64,000 nucleotides of DNA, from positions 1,588,323-1,652,322 of the forward strand of contig MU004194.1 in the NCBI GenBank assembly GCA_010093605.1, read 5' to 3'. Under the pieces are notes generated by a model that had not been told where the DNA came from, made no database searches, and worked only from the letters and a program-made list of their open reading frames with translations. The translations under genes and the position numbers were made by a program. The first letter of the stretch is position 1. Every line of letters starts with the position of its first letter. Source of the DNA: Lophium mytilinum (taxonomy: Eukaryota). Below are positions 1 through 12,645 of this stretch, piece by piece.

Positions 1-3000
1 TCCTGCCAGCACTGACATAGCTCTCGTTCTCCGAATGCAATGCCTTAATAGGGACTTGATTCACAGCGTTGCAATAGCCAGCTGCTGTCGAGCGACGAGT
101 TCCCGTTTAGATAACTGAGATCTGACCACATCCATGCCCACGTACACAGAGATACCCACATCCGAACATGTATACAGCGCTATCTCGGAACAGCGCTTGT
201 CTGACATCAGCCTCTGTCCCAAAGCAGCAGTCTTCGAGAAGCTATTTCGGCCCCAACCCGCCACTCTTGAGGCTGAAAACGGTGTCAGCCTCATCATCAC
301 ACTGCTTCCTCCACCAACGACGGGTATCCCAGCCCTAGCACTCTCTCATCCTCGCTAACCGGGCGCCAGGGCCAACATAAAACCCACAAGATGAAGGACT
401 AGGTAGACCATAAGCGGGCTCGCAAGCACGCACCACCTCATCTATCGAATTAACCCTCTTCCCACCAATCCCACGTCTTTCGCACTGTGTTCGTCTGCTT
501 ACGAAGTCCCAGAAATAATGCTCCGGGCTACCAACCCCAGGAAAACAAGCCCATGTCCCAAGTTTAACTCCCGTGTTCACCGGCGCGCTCGATAACGGGC
601 ACGCAACGGTCCATCCACAATGGGGAGCCGAGTCCGCGCTGCCATGACCTCATACGCCTGTATGCAGCCTATCACGCACGCACTCGTTAATTGGGAGTGG
701 GAATTATCACGGTGAATTTAGAGGGTGCTGAGTAAACGTGCGGAATGGGCAACGTGCCCAGCCGAAGCGCTTAAAAATAGAGATCGGGGACGCTAGCGCA
801 CACTAATCGGTGCCGTCTGTGCGCGGGGGGGCATCGTGCACCTTTTCGAACGACGTCGCTCCATCCGATCGTCGAGCAAAGAGAAGCCCGCCGAAGAGCC
901 ACACCCCGCTTGCTGAAGATGACAGTTGTCGCGGCTCTAGTATAGCACTATCTACGCTTAGAGAATCTGCATGACGTTTCTACAGCCCGCCAGAACCTTC
1001 CCTGCCTTGGTAACTCTTCAACTAATAGCCACGCCAAGGGGAGAAGAGACACTTCGTATCGGATCCCCCCGTCTCTACCTCGAACTACGAGGGCCACTAG
1101 CTCCCCTAGAGGCGTCCGTTCCGCTAACTTCCCTATTCAAAGCATGCCAAATATATCCCCAAGCACTCCTCTGCGCGACTCGCTCGTTCTTGAGCCCTCG
1201 CTAACGAGCTCCAGACTCCCATCAAGCCACTGTCCCGAACAATTGCTGCAGTTGCTCAGTGCTTGCTCAGAGAACTGTCATGCCCGTCCCCATCATCTCC
1301 CTTCCCGCAAATCCCCTAATGCTGCCCTCACATGTAACTAGCTCGCTATACGAGAAATCATCCCATGCCTATTACTACCTACCCAGAGCTTGAGACATGA
1401 CAATTTCCTTCAGCTTGCTCACCGTTCGCCTGAGTCCGGTTGATCGTGCCCGTGTTCGCCTCCCTGCCTACTTTCTTGAACATACTACATATCACAACCC
1501 TTCCTCCACCCTCTTCATATCACTTGTCTCCGCCCCAAACCGACCACTTCCCTAATCCAATCCGGCCAAGACAGCCATCCATTACACAGCATCCATGAGG
1601 CTCCTATAAGCATCTGACAACCCACCTGCAGTCACCCACCGTGTCCCTGTCTCCAGATCGGCGGCGCCCCATCCGCCCCTTCGGTTCCTCTAGCCACCAG
1701 ACGCCCTCATCCTCTCACCGGCAGACAGCGCCCAGTCTCCACAGCCATCAGCGGCCGCCGGTTCGACCTGCCTCATCCCCCCGTCTCGGTGACCTCTTCT
1801 GGGGCCAAAAGCCAGGGCTCCCACACCACCACCTCTCCCATCCGAGTCCCGGGCGCCAGGTTACGCGAATCTGACTGAACGACATTCCCGTTGCCCAGCC
1901 AGACGGGTGCCGCTTCGTTTCGTGTCGTGTCTGCAGCCGTCCCACCTGGCCACAGCAGCATCCCTCGTCCTCAGCCCTCGCCCTACTCCCTCCTCTTGGC
2001 ACGACGTAGGTCAGTCCATCCACCGCGCCGGTCCACCACGCACCTGACCGGTCCACAGCACCAGGCCTGCACCCACCATCCACCTGCAGCTCCTGACATC
2101 TCTCGTGCAGCCCTAGCCCTCTTTCCGCGCTCTGACGCACCCATCGGCCCACTCTTAGACCCACCAACCCACCAACAACGCCAACCGTCTTTCCCGCACG
2201 TCCCCTCGTGCTACCAAACCGATCTCAGCCCCCAATCCACCCACACCCTTCTCCCGCCCTTCTACGCGCCTTCTAGCGCCCTTCCGTGCACCTTCTAGCG
2301 TCCTTCCTTTCACCCTTCCATCTTCCACGCTACTGCAGCCCACCCACCACCCCCAGCACCCGCATCACCCTTCCAGAAGCCTTCCTCTCTCGTCACCCGC
2401 ACGGAGCCCGCGCTGGCACTCGCCCTCGATTACGTCTCTCTCCTCCTGCTTACTGTCCCTGGCTCAGGATATTCTGAGCACCCACGGCAACCTCTAGCAG
2501 CATCCCCATCCCGCTTCTGCTGCTCTACTATTCTTGGCGGGCCGCCAGAGCATCAAGCCACCGCCTTTTCCCACTGGTTATCCGGGAAACCGGTTCGAGG
2601 CGCCGTTAGTTCTTGGGACCCAACGGGGGGTACGCACGGTTGTGTTTCTTTTTGTTGCTGTCTTTGCAAGCAGCACGCTTTTGGGTCTTGATAGCCAACG
2701 TCTTCTTTTCGCGTTCGTGCGCGTGCTCGTCTCGTCTCGTTGCTAAGTCCGGGCGGGCGCGGTTGGGGAGAAAATAGTAACTTGAGGCGTTCCCAGGCAC
2801 ACCCAAACGGAGCCCGAGCGATCCTTTCTTGGGGGTGCAGGCGTTGGGAATCCTGTACTTGTCGCGTGGCCGGGCTGCGGGAACGGCACCCACCACCAAC
2901 CGTGCGTCCGCGTGGTGTGCAACGTGGGTTTTCGCTAGGGAAGGGAGCCGGGAAAGCGGGTCCGCCGAGGCGCTGGGTCGGGGACTGGGGGATGGGGTGG

Positions 3001-3279
3001 ATGAGTGTGGGAGTGTGTATATAAGACGGGACGGGAGACGCAGTGTCGGGTTCCTAGCATCGACCATCAGCATCAGCTTCAGCAACACAACGACTTCCGA
3101 ACCCACACCACTCCACTAAAGAGTCATCCGAGAAAGAACTTCACTGTTTGCCCGACCTCATCACTTCAACTTTTTTCTCGATTCGAATATTCGACGAACT
3201 TCACTTCGACTCTTGATAGCGGCACTAGCGGATCTACTTCGCGGAGACGTTAGCACTTGAGCACACTTTTATACCTTTC

Positions 3280-3867
3280 ATGAGCGAAACGAACGAACCT
3301 TCAAACAAAGCATCCACACCCAGCCAGCAAGACCGACCAAACACCACCAGCGATCCGAACGAGCAAGCCCAGACCCAACAGGCCTGCCCTACACCAATAG
3401 TCGTCCTCGGATCAACCCACACGCCAGAGCCAGCATCACCACCCACCAACCAAACGCAAGACCCGTGCAATCCCACAGGCACTGCCAGCTCTCAACCAGA
3501 ACAGCCAGCCCTCAACCCAGCTCTTCTCCAACCACCACCAACCGAAGGGCCCTTCGCCTCCGCCCCATCTCCAGCCACAACCTCCAGCTCGACCACGACT
3601 TCAACCGGCGTCAGCACTCCCACCTCTACGTCAGGAGCCATCCCCGCTACCCAGGAACCCCAGACCTCGAACCCAGCAAGCATGTCCTCCTCCAGCTCCT
3701 CGTCGCCCGGCAACACCGGCACCTCAGGCCCCACGGGCAGCACCACGCAGTCCGGCGGCAATCCCGCGTACCACCTCCCCTACGCCCCGTTTCCCTTCCG
3801 CATGCCCGACGGCACGTCCGTCCGAGGGAGCGGCGGGAGCTCCAGCGGCGGCGGAAAGGGAAAGTAG
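3280..3867 (+). CDS. Hypothetical low-complexity Ser/Thr/Pro/Gln-rich protein (195 aa)
   Basis: Uninterrupted ORF with C-ending codon bias and a TATATAA at ~3017 upstream; no recognisable domain. Confidence 0.55.
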   Translation: MSETNEPSNKASTPSQQDRPNTTSDPNEQAQTQQACPTPIVVLGSTHTPEPASPPTNQTQDPCNPTGTASSQPEQPALNPALLQPPPTEGPFASAPSPATTSSSTTTSTGVSTPTSTSGAIPATQEPQTSNPASMSSSSSSSPGNTGTSGPTGSTTQSGGNPAYHLPYAPFPFRMPDGTSVRGSGGSSSGGGKGK

Positions 3868-4446
3868 CGCGCAGCGACAGACAGGTTTGACAATGATGAA
3901 CCTTAAGAAAGGGACAACGCACGAGAGAGATTGAGATTATAGAGCGGTTTTCATAGGTCCGATGACGCATAGCGAATTGCATGACTGGGCATTTTCCGGA
4001 GTTTTGTTTTTGCATGCAGACTGGGAACCGAGATTGGAGGGGTGGGAAAGGGACGACTAGAGCGGGGTTCTGTTTGGGTGTGGATGCTTTCTTTTCCTTT
4101 TTTTCCTTTTTCCCTTTTTCTTTTGTTGGCATTTGATTTTCTGACCGATGGGAGGTTTTCTGATGAAGAGCATGTATAACGATAGATGTACAATAACAAC
4201 AACAGCAGCAGCAGCAAGCAAAGAGCAACATTTTGGCACTAGAATAGAACTTTCAAACCCTGGCGAAGAAAACGGAGACTTTATAGCTATTGCCACGTGA
4301 CATGGTGTGATAAACGAGACCCAACTTCTAAGGCTTGCAAGATATGAACACGGATATGTATTTATGACACAGGTTGAATTTGGAAGCCTACCTAACCTAC
4401 CCAACGCCAAGTACGAAAATGCAAAGGTGGAAGAAGAAGATGGTGA

Positions 4447-5707
4447 TCAGACGGCGCTGTAGCCTCCGCGGCTACCCGGGCCTTGAAGCGTGTTGGCAAC
4501 TCGTCGGGCCCAGTCTTTGAGGATGTAGGGCACGTCTCGGATCGTGTCGCCGTGGGGCAGAAGGTCCCATCCGCGAGCACCGTAGCGGTTGTAGTTGAGC
4601 CAGGAGCCAAAGATGAGGTACGAGGCTATGACGAGGAAAAGACTGCGGGGTGATTTAGCACGGCTCGCTTGCACGTCCTGATCGGTGGGGGAAGGTACTC
4701 ACATGATGATAAACCAAGTAAAGAAGCCCCAGCCACTAGATGATCCGGGCTTCGAGTCTTTCGCATCCTCACACGCGTACTTGGTCCGCCACTGCAGTCG
4801 AAGAACGCCGACTTTCTTCCCCTTGTCCTGTTCTTCCTCCCAGTACTTTAAGAATTGCAGGCTGCGACCCTTCTTGCTATCTCCGTCGTCTTCATCGTCA
4901 TCCCGCTTGACCTTGTCCTCCTCGTCGTCGTCCTCTTTATCCGAGTCATCCGTTTCATCGCCTTCAAGACCTGTCCTGTCATGGTCGCAGATAAATTCGA
5001 CAATGGCTTGCTGGTCGACTCCCTTCTTGTCGTTGAAGGGGTATTTCCCTCCATGTAGCACGCCTCGCACGCCCTGCAAGTTCGTGTCGTGGTTGGACTT
5101 TGAGTCACGTAGTAGTTCCCACTGGGCGTCGATTGTTCGGCCATTCTGCGTTTTGTAGTCGCCAGCGATAGGGATAGCTCGCACGAATTCCGTCTCGTTG
5201 GCTGAGACCTCTCGTCGTTCGACACCGCATACTATTGCACAGTTGTGTTAGCTAGATGAATTCGGACATCATCTTGAAAAGATTTCATAGAAACCATGTG
5301 TTCGGCCTAATATCAGGCACCAGGAAATGTCGAGCCGGAGGTTCCAAAACGATGCGGTTGGATTATGCAGATATTCGGAACAACTCACTCCTTGTCCCGT
5401 GCGGACACTCCTCGTCCTTATTCCCGCCCTTGGTCCATTTCAGCTTATCGCAGATGTCGATCGTGAACGTTGTGTTGAAAAAGACTCCCGGCGCGCCGTC
5501 GGTCAACTCCCTCCTCCAGTGCACCTGGTGAGGTCCGCCGAGCGGAGAGAGGTCGAAATGCTGCCCCTTAGCCCCAATATCATGACAGTTGAGATTCGCC
5601 GACACGACAGCTGGTAGTGCTAGGAATAGCGTTGATAGAGATGCTAATGAGAGATGTGATGGGGGCGTCGAGGAGGAGGTGGACGAGGACGATGTGCGGA
5701 GTCGCAT
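4447..5707 (-). CDS. ATG27: Autophagy-related protein 27 (MRH-domain type I membrane protein); exons ~5707-5389, 5231-4703, 4642-4447
   Basis: Signal peptide, 'FDLSPLGGPH', 'IDICDKL', 'AIVEFICD', 'LRLQWRTKYACE', TM 'WGFFTWFIIM..YLIFGSWLNYNRYGARGWDLLPH', C-terminal 'RGGYSAV' (YxxPhi); GT-AG introns join the frames. Confidence 0.92.
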
Positions 5708-6919
5708 GATTGCGGGTATGGGGATAAGCTCCGGGATGGAAGATGGGGCCGCGGGTGAAGGAGACTGGGGAGAAGGAAGGTGGCCCAAAGGAGTGACGAG
5801 AAGGTAGCGGTCTTATGGTGCTGGCACGGGGGCGGAGGTCGCGTGAGTGGTGATGCGGAGGAGCTGCTGTGGGTGCGGATGATGGTTAATCGGCATGACG
5901 AGAGAGGACCTGCGGCTTGCTTTCCGGTGTTTCCCGCCATTCCTAAACCGGCATTGAAAACGAGGCTGATTAGCCAAGCCACTTTCTGCACTGCACAATT
6001 CGAGGTAGCCTGGACAATTACTTGAACAGCCTAGAGCTCTCCCGGCTGCAGCTGCTACAGGTCATAGAACAAGAAATTTCCTTGTACAGTAACATCACAA
6101 CTTTAGCTTTGTCCTAGTCAAGCTCATTATGTTGCCTAACTACAGTTAAAGTTACCGATTATAATGCTACCTAGAAGCAAAGCACCGCTCACTCCTACCC
6201 AAGATATGCTCGTTAACAAAAGTCATACTCTTACTTAGTGGTAATAGAAATAATCAGTAAGGTTGCTTCACGTGACCTTTGCAACGAATAGCACGTGATG
6301 AATGAGTCCTTCAGCAACAAAACCACTAAGAGACTTTCTCTAGAGCTGCTATCATATAATACTCCAAAGAGAAGGATCTCAGAATCCAACTTAATTATTT
6401 TCGCTGTATTCAAGGGAAGTATGAACATACCCTTGTAACCTCAAGAGCGATGCTCAAGAGAGCAAGGGTCCTTGCCGAACAGCATTTATTGCCCTCTCTA
6501 GGAAGGTCAGCACTCTCTAAAATGGAACCACAATACACTGCTCAGCCTGTTAAAATGTTCCCATATGTAGCTATTCGATGTTGTTTCGTCTGCCCACTGG
6601 GACGATTTCCATACAAGGGAGGTCCACGCGGCGCTTCTTATCTGGTTCTACAGCCTAGTGGACCACCAACGTCAACACATACGATGGCTATATAAACAAT
6701 CTACCCTCAATGTAAGGGTCCAATAATGTAACTACACCAAGGATCACGCATGTCGAACTCTCCTGATCTGTTCTTCTTGACACTGCTCTCTTGAATCGTG
6801 TACCTTTTTGCGCTGTCACTCTTTCCAAATCCCTTCCGTCTCCACATACTCAGAAAAATCAAACATAAAACACATCTATTCTCAACCTCAAAACCTTTCC
6901 CTCCAACCAATCCTCCACC

Positions 6920-8439
6920 ATGGACGCCCGCGCCCGCATCCCCGTCTCCCTACCCCATCCCAACCCCACCCCCTCCTACTGGCACAACCCCCCATCACCC
7001 CTCGCCAACCACCTCAGCGGCGCCCTCCCCTCCACAACCGACACCCTCATAATCGGAAGCGGCATCAGCGGCGCAATGGTTGCCTGGAACCTCCTCTCCG
7101 CCCCCTCGCCCCCCTCAATCACCATGCTCGAAGCCCGCACAGCATGCGGCGGCGCCTCTGGCCGAAACGGCGGCCACACGAAAGCCGCATCCTATCGCAC
7201 TTATGCCACTCATGCTTCTGAGCTGGGTAAAGCCGAAGCGCTGCGCATTGCGAGGCTCGAGCATGCGAACATTCTAGCCACTCATGTGTTTGCGAAGGAG
7301 CATGGCATTGAGTGTGAGAATGCGCTTTGTGAGACTGTGGATATCGTCTACGACCGCGCGACGTTCGAGCAGGGCGTTGCGGCGGTGAAGATGATTGAAG
7401 CAGATGTTACGCCCGAAGAGCGGGAGGACGGCGGGGTAGGCGCGTATAAGATCTGGGGTAAGGAAGTGGCGATGGAGAAGTTCTGGGTGGCGGGCACGAA
7501 TGAGAGTCCAGCTGTGACAGGGAAAGAAGAGGTTGTAGGCGCAATATCATACCTCGCCGGTCGGTTGAGCGCGTACAAGTTCGTAGTGGGGGTGTTGGGG
7601 TTGTGCGTTAAGAAAGGGATGGGATTGTTCACGCATACACCTGCTTTGGAGATCAAGCCCGTGCATAATGCGAAGGATGAGTACAGATGGGAGATCCGCA
7701 CCGTGCGAGGAACTGTCAGGGCGAAGAACGTTGTTGTAACTACGAATGGCTATACGGCGAATCTGCTGCCGGAAATGCAGGGGAGGATTGTCCCGTTACG
7801 CGGTCAGATTACGGCTCAGAGACCTGGTCCGAAGGCGAGGCTTCCAAAGCTGTTACCGACGACGTATTCGTTCATTTACAGGGATGGGTATGAGTACATG
7901 ATACCGCGCCCCGTTCCCGGCTCGCGTGAGGGCCAGCACATTGTTATTGGAGGTGGGCTGGGAAGGTTGCCGAATGAGGGGGCGAGTGAGTTTGGGACGT
8001 GTGATGATAGCGTGCTGAATCCGGAAACGTCAAGGTATCTAAAGGAGACTTGTAAAGGGTACTTTGGGGAGAAGAATTGGGGCGAGGAAGGGGGGAGTGA
8101 AAAGGAGAGGATAGTGCAGGAGTGGACGGGCATTATGGGTGCAACTACAGATGGGGTTCCGTTTGTCGGGGAGATGCCTGGAAAGAAAGGCATGTGGGTG
8201 AGTGCAGGGTTTAACGGGCATGGTACGTGATGGTCTTTTCGACTTGTCCTATTTCTGAACCCTTGCTGATGAACATATCTATAGGCATGGTCTTGTGCTT
8301 GAAGTCTGCGGAAGCCTTGACACATCTCATTTCCGGAGGCACGCTGGCCGCAATTGACTGGTTCCCAAAGAGCTTCCTCCTCACTGAGAAACGGATCAAA
8401 GAAAGCGTTTTTGAGGGAAGAAGAGACATGAAGCTCTGA
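6920..8439 (+). CDS. FAD-dependent oxidoreductase, DAO family; intron 8223-8284
   Basis: 'IIGSGISG' dinucleotide motif, 'GGASGRNGGH', 'WTGIMG', 'AGFNGHGM' restored by splicing. Confidence 0.9.
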
Positions 8440-8751
8440 TGGGGATGTAGCCAGTGTAGCGGGCGATGTGGGAAACGAAGAAGATTAGATTGAGCATAAA
8501 ATTGGTCAGACGTGCTGCCCACAAATGAAGATGCTCGCCAGGAAGGCTTCAATATACTTGGGCGGTACTTCCTATTCCTATGAACGTCGCCCGTACCGAA
8601 AATGTGCCAAAACAATGTTGTATTCTTGGTATCATATTCGTCCAAAGATTCTAAGCGCGCAAGCCAGCACCAAGTCTCGCACATAAACTTCAAAGCCATG
8701 TGCCCTGTATGATCCCATGCGGAGGGTCGATGCGTTCAAGATTGAAGCCGA

Positions 8752-10116
8752 TCAGAAAGAGACTCTCATAAACTGACTTGGCCACCAGACATCCACACCC
8801 AGCTTCCACGCAACCTTCAACACCCACTCCGGTTCCCGCAAGAACTGCCTAGCGACTAGAATAACGTCGGCCATGGGCTGTTTACCGTCTTTGGCATCGG
8901 TCGTGTCCTTCGCCGCCTCAGCTTCCTCGCCGATACTGCTATCGAGCGGGGCGACGGTGCCAGCCTGCTCGACTATGTCTCTCGCCTGCTCTGCGTCCGT
9001 GATCAGGCCAACAGCGCCGATGAGGAGCTTCAAGTTATCGCTATGCACAGCGTTCCTAATACGATCGGCGATCTTGACCTGGTAGTCCTTGGTGTTAGTC
9101 CCGTCGATACGTTGGGCAGGGTGGTTGCCGCCGCTACTGACGTCCAACAGATCAACGCCGAGAGCCGGAAGTTGCTTGGCCACCTTGATCGTTGATTCCA
9201 CAACCCAGGACCCTAGTTCTTTGCCAATATCGGTATCGTCCAGGTATTCAGTTGATGACATGCGCAGAAAGAGCGGCATGCTCGCGGGAATGACGTCTCT
9301 AATCGCTTTGATGACTTCAAAAAGAAGCCTTGTCCTGTTTTCGAAACTCCCGCCGTACTCATCCGTCCTTCGGTTAGAGACTGGCGACAGGAACTGGTGT
9401 ATGAGATACCCGTGTGCAGCATGAATCTCAATCACGTCAACTCCAGCCTTCAGACTCCTTTCCGCCGCCTTTGCAAAATCCCGCACGAGATCCTTCACCT
9501 CTTGAGTCGTGAAAGCCTTCGGAGGCCAGAATCTGTTTGTCTCGCTATCGTAAACCCCATCCCAGACTTGACTCTCCCCGCCAGACGGCCCTTTCACGTC
9601 GTCCGGCCACCCACCAATATCCTTGTCAGCGCGCTTGGATTTTCTGCCCGCGACTTCCGCTAACCACGGTGCAGCGGTGCTGCTCTTCCGGCCAGCGTGC
9701 GCAAGCTGTATGCCTACGAGCGCGCCTTGGGACTTGACAAAGTCGGCAACTCGCTTCAAGCCTGCGATCTGCGCGTCGTCCCATAGGCCGGGGCAATTCG
9801 GTGAGATTCTTCCGTTGGGCTGGACAGCTGTAGCTTCGACGAACACTAGAGCGGCTCCTTTGATAGCATAATGACCCAGGGTTGCGACGTGCCAGTCCGT
9901 TAGCGCGCCGATCTCAGGTCCAGAGGCTGCGGCGGAGTACTGGCACATAGGACCGACGATGATGCGGTTGCGGAGAGTGACATCGCGGATTTGGAGCGGT
10001 GTGAATAGCGTGGGTGTTTTCGAAGATAGCTCCTTGGGAGTGCCGGGCGAGTGCCTATGTTGTGGGGTGAAGTATGGTATGTTCGGTGCTGGGGCGTTGA
10101 GGTTGGATGGAGCCAT
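8752..10116 (-). CDS. NADH:flavin oxidoreductase / Old Yellow Enzyme (YqjM-like subclass)
   Basis: 'LRNRIIVGPMCQYSA', 'IQLAHAGRK', 'EIHAAHGYLIHQFLSP', 'RTDEYGGSFENR', 'ARQFLREP'. Confidence 0.95.
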   Translation of the reverse strand: MAPSNLNAPAPNIPYFTPQHRHSPGTPKELSSKTPTLFTPLQIRDVTLRNRIIVGPMCQYSAAASGPEIGALTDWHVATLGHYAIKGAALVFVEATAVQPNGRISPNCPGLWDDAQIAGLKRVADFVKSQGALVGIQLAHAGRKSSTAAPWLAEVAGRKSKRADKDIGGWPDDVKGPSGGESQVWDGVYDSETNRFWPPKAFTTQEVKDLVRDFAKAAERSLKAGVDVIEIHAAHGYLIHQFLSPVSNRRTDEYGGSFENRTRLLFEVIKAIRDVIPASMPLFLRMSSTEYLDDTDIGKELGSWVVESTIKVAKQLPALGVDLLDVSSGGNHPAQRIDGTNTKDYQVKIADRIRNAVHSDNLKLLIGAVGLITDAEQARDIVEQAGTVAPLDSSIGEEAEAAKDTTDAKDGKQPMADVILVARQFLREPEWVLKVAWKLGVDVWWPSQFMRVSF

Positions 10117-10800
10117 TGGGATGATTACTTGGTTTTATTGGAGAGTTTAGAAGAAGGGGAGGTAAATGGCCGCAATTCCAATATGGGGATTTATAGCAGG
10201 ACGTTGTGTTCTCTCACCATTAATAATGCTGGGATGTCGTGATCTGCTCCGGTTCCGCTGCCGGTTCCGCTGATCTACGCGATATCGGCCTCTAGAGCAC
10301 GTCAGTGGATAAGGATCCAAGGCGAAGCTAATGGGATCAGGGCTACCCAGGTGCCGGATACCATTGAAGAGAACTCAACAGCAAATTTGGATATGCTCGT
10401 AAGCATCCTAGAAAATTTCAATGGTTTCTCAGTTGAGCTTGAATATACGGAGGTATAGTAGAGTCTAATTATCATAGTAACTAATGTAGAGACAGTAAGA
10501 CGAATCGCCCGCACTTACGATTTATGTCGTATACGGCTACCAATTCTATAAGAGTGGGCTCCGTAGCCTCTCGAATGCCCTTTATCGGGCTACAGAGTAG
10601 CTTAAAAGTTGGCAGCACGGGACCTTAGACACAATGTTACTTCCTATAGAGCGACAATCCTGCTAGCGCCTAACTCCAGTTTCTATACCCAAAACCGCTG
10701 CAAAAGCGACTCTTATGAAAGGAAAGCGTCTATTGCTGTGAGAATATCCTGACTATCTCTGGCAGCCAAATGATAGCATAGAGGCCGCTCGGTACCCCCG

Positions 10801-12180
10801 CTACTGCAACAATGGATCGTTGTCCTCCTCTCCAATATAATCCTCGATAGGAGAAGGAGATGGTATCACTGGCAGTTGCCGCGTAACAGGGACCCAGGCC
10901 AGAAGTGCCAAGATAGACAAAATAACAACTGCGAACGGGAAAATGCCGATTCCCAGTGCCTGGATGAAAGCACCAATGCCAAAAGGTAACAATGCAGCTC
11001 CAACCTGACCAGCGGAAGCTGTAAATGAGACGCCTGCGACGTGTAATTCCGCAGGTAGTAGTCGAGTGAGCATAACGACCCCGGAGGCAAACATCGGGCC
11101 CATGAAAAAGCCGATCAATGTCATGAAGACGATGGACGCGATAGGTACGTGAACAAAGGCAAAGCCCACCTGAAACGCTATGGTGATGAGAAAGTAAATA
11201 ATGGTTGCGCGCCCGACGCCCAGTCTGTCGGTTACGACACCAAGGGTCAATCTTCCAACAGCCATGCCACCCCAAAATCCGCCCGAAGCATTGCTTGCCA
11301 CATTGGGCGTGGCGTTTTGATGGCGTGTCATGAACGAGACTATCCAGCCTGATATAGCAGTTTCTGTTCCCACTTCCGCAAGGAAATACAAGGAGATGAA
11401 CCAGGTTGCGAGGTATTTGAACATGGCTTTTGGATTGATTTTGCGGCGTGTTGATACTGCTTCGGTGTGCTTCTCATTACGATATTTTGATGCGTTCTCG
11501 TGTCTAAAAGCGAAGAATAGAATGAATAGTTCTACAACAGATATTACGACCTAACGGAGTCTTGTTAATTGGGCATCCCGAGAATCGTCTTCTCTTAGAC
11601 TTACCAGGATATAATACCAATCATACCACGGCTTGTGCCATGCAGGCAAAAGATTGCCAGCAAGGATAGGTCCGGCGGCCGCACCCACAGAGTATGCTGC
11701 TTGCAACATACCAGAAACAGTGTTCGCCATGCTCCCGCTCGCAGCCCAGGCGCACCACGAACCGTCCAAAAACCCTGCTCCCATTGCTACGGCGGCAAAT
11801 GCCACGAGAACTATACCAAAAGGCGGGTGGACAGCAATGCCCAGAGCACCGAGAATGTGTAGTAGGGGTGCAAGAATTGCAATGCCCCTCTGACCCCATT
11901 TGCAATGAACAAAGTCGCTGGACTGGGCTGCGATGACGTAGCCCAGGGGCCCCACGATGAAGATAAACGAGACGTGGAGGTCCCCGAGTGAGTAGTGCTG
12001 GGAGAGGGGCTGCAGCATCACACCGATTGAGGATTGGAAGAGGCCGAGTACGATGAATGAGTACATTGCCGCGCCGACGCGCCATGCAATGTGCGGGGAC
12101 ACGTGGTGGGCTGCATCGTGAGTAGCACAGTCCGAATTTTCAAGTAAAGAGCTTTCCTCAGAAGGTGTATTGGGGATCAT
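10801..12180 (-). CDS. MFS transporter (fucose-permease/Bsc6-like); intron 11551-11604
   Basis: About 12 hydrophobic segments; 'EVGTETAISGWIVSF', 'FWGGMAVGRLTLG', 'GFFMGPMF'; canonical intron joins the two ORFs. Confidence 0.88.
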
Positions 12181-12645
12181 GGCTTTGCGCGGACAACCCT
12201 CTCGTGTGAATATGTGAATGTCTGAGTAGAGCTCTACCGGAGGTCAATGCCGCAACCTCGATACACACGGGCCAATACGGGTCACGTGATGATGACCTCC
12301 TCAACACCAGTAATAACATCACCAGTGTGTGATCCGTATTATCATAGTCAGCATCCTTGTGAGAACGACTTTGACCAAGAGAGGGAAGGCTTCTATTATC
12401 ATGGGAAGATGCTAAGGCATTATTTCCATTTTCCATATTGAGCCTAGTGGCTACCTCGCCAACTCAACCTCCAGCCTCGCAGCTTAGGCACTCATCATCT
12501 CCCAGCTTCCTCATCTCGGAACACTTGCCCATCAGGCGTCCCTGCACACGACCATAGAATCTTCTTGAGCTGAACCTTATAGCGTTCTAGGCTTTTCAGC
12601 CCAACAAGTCACCGGTTCGGCCGCATTAGGATGTAAGCAGCTCCA

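Noticed and set aside
1..3200. Many short overlapping ORFs
   Set aside because: No recognisable motifs or consistent exon chain; the Pro/Ser-rich translations reflect C-rich composition.
6920..12180. Oxidoreductase-OYE-MFS as a secondary-metabolite cluster
   Set aside because: No PKS, NRPS, terpene synthase or DMATS backbone gene in the window.
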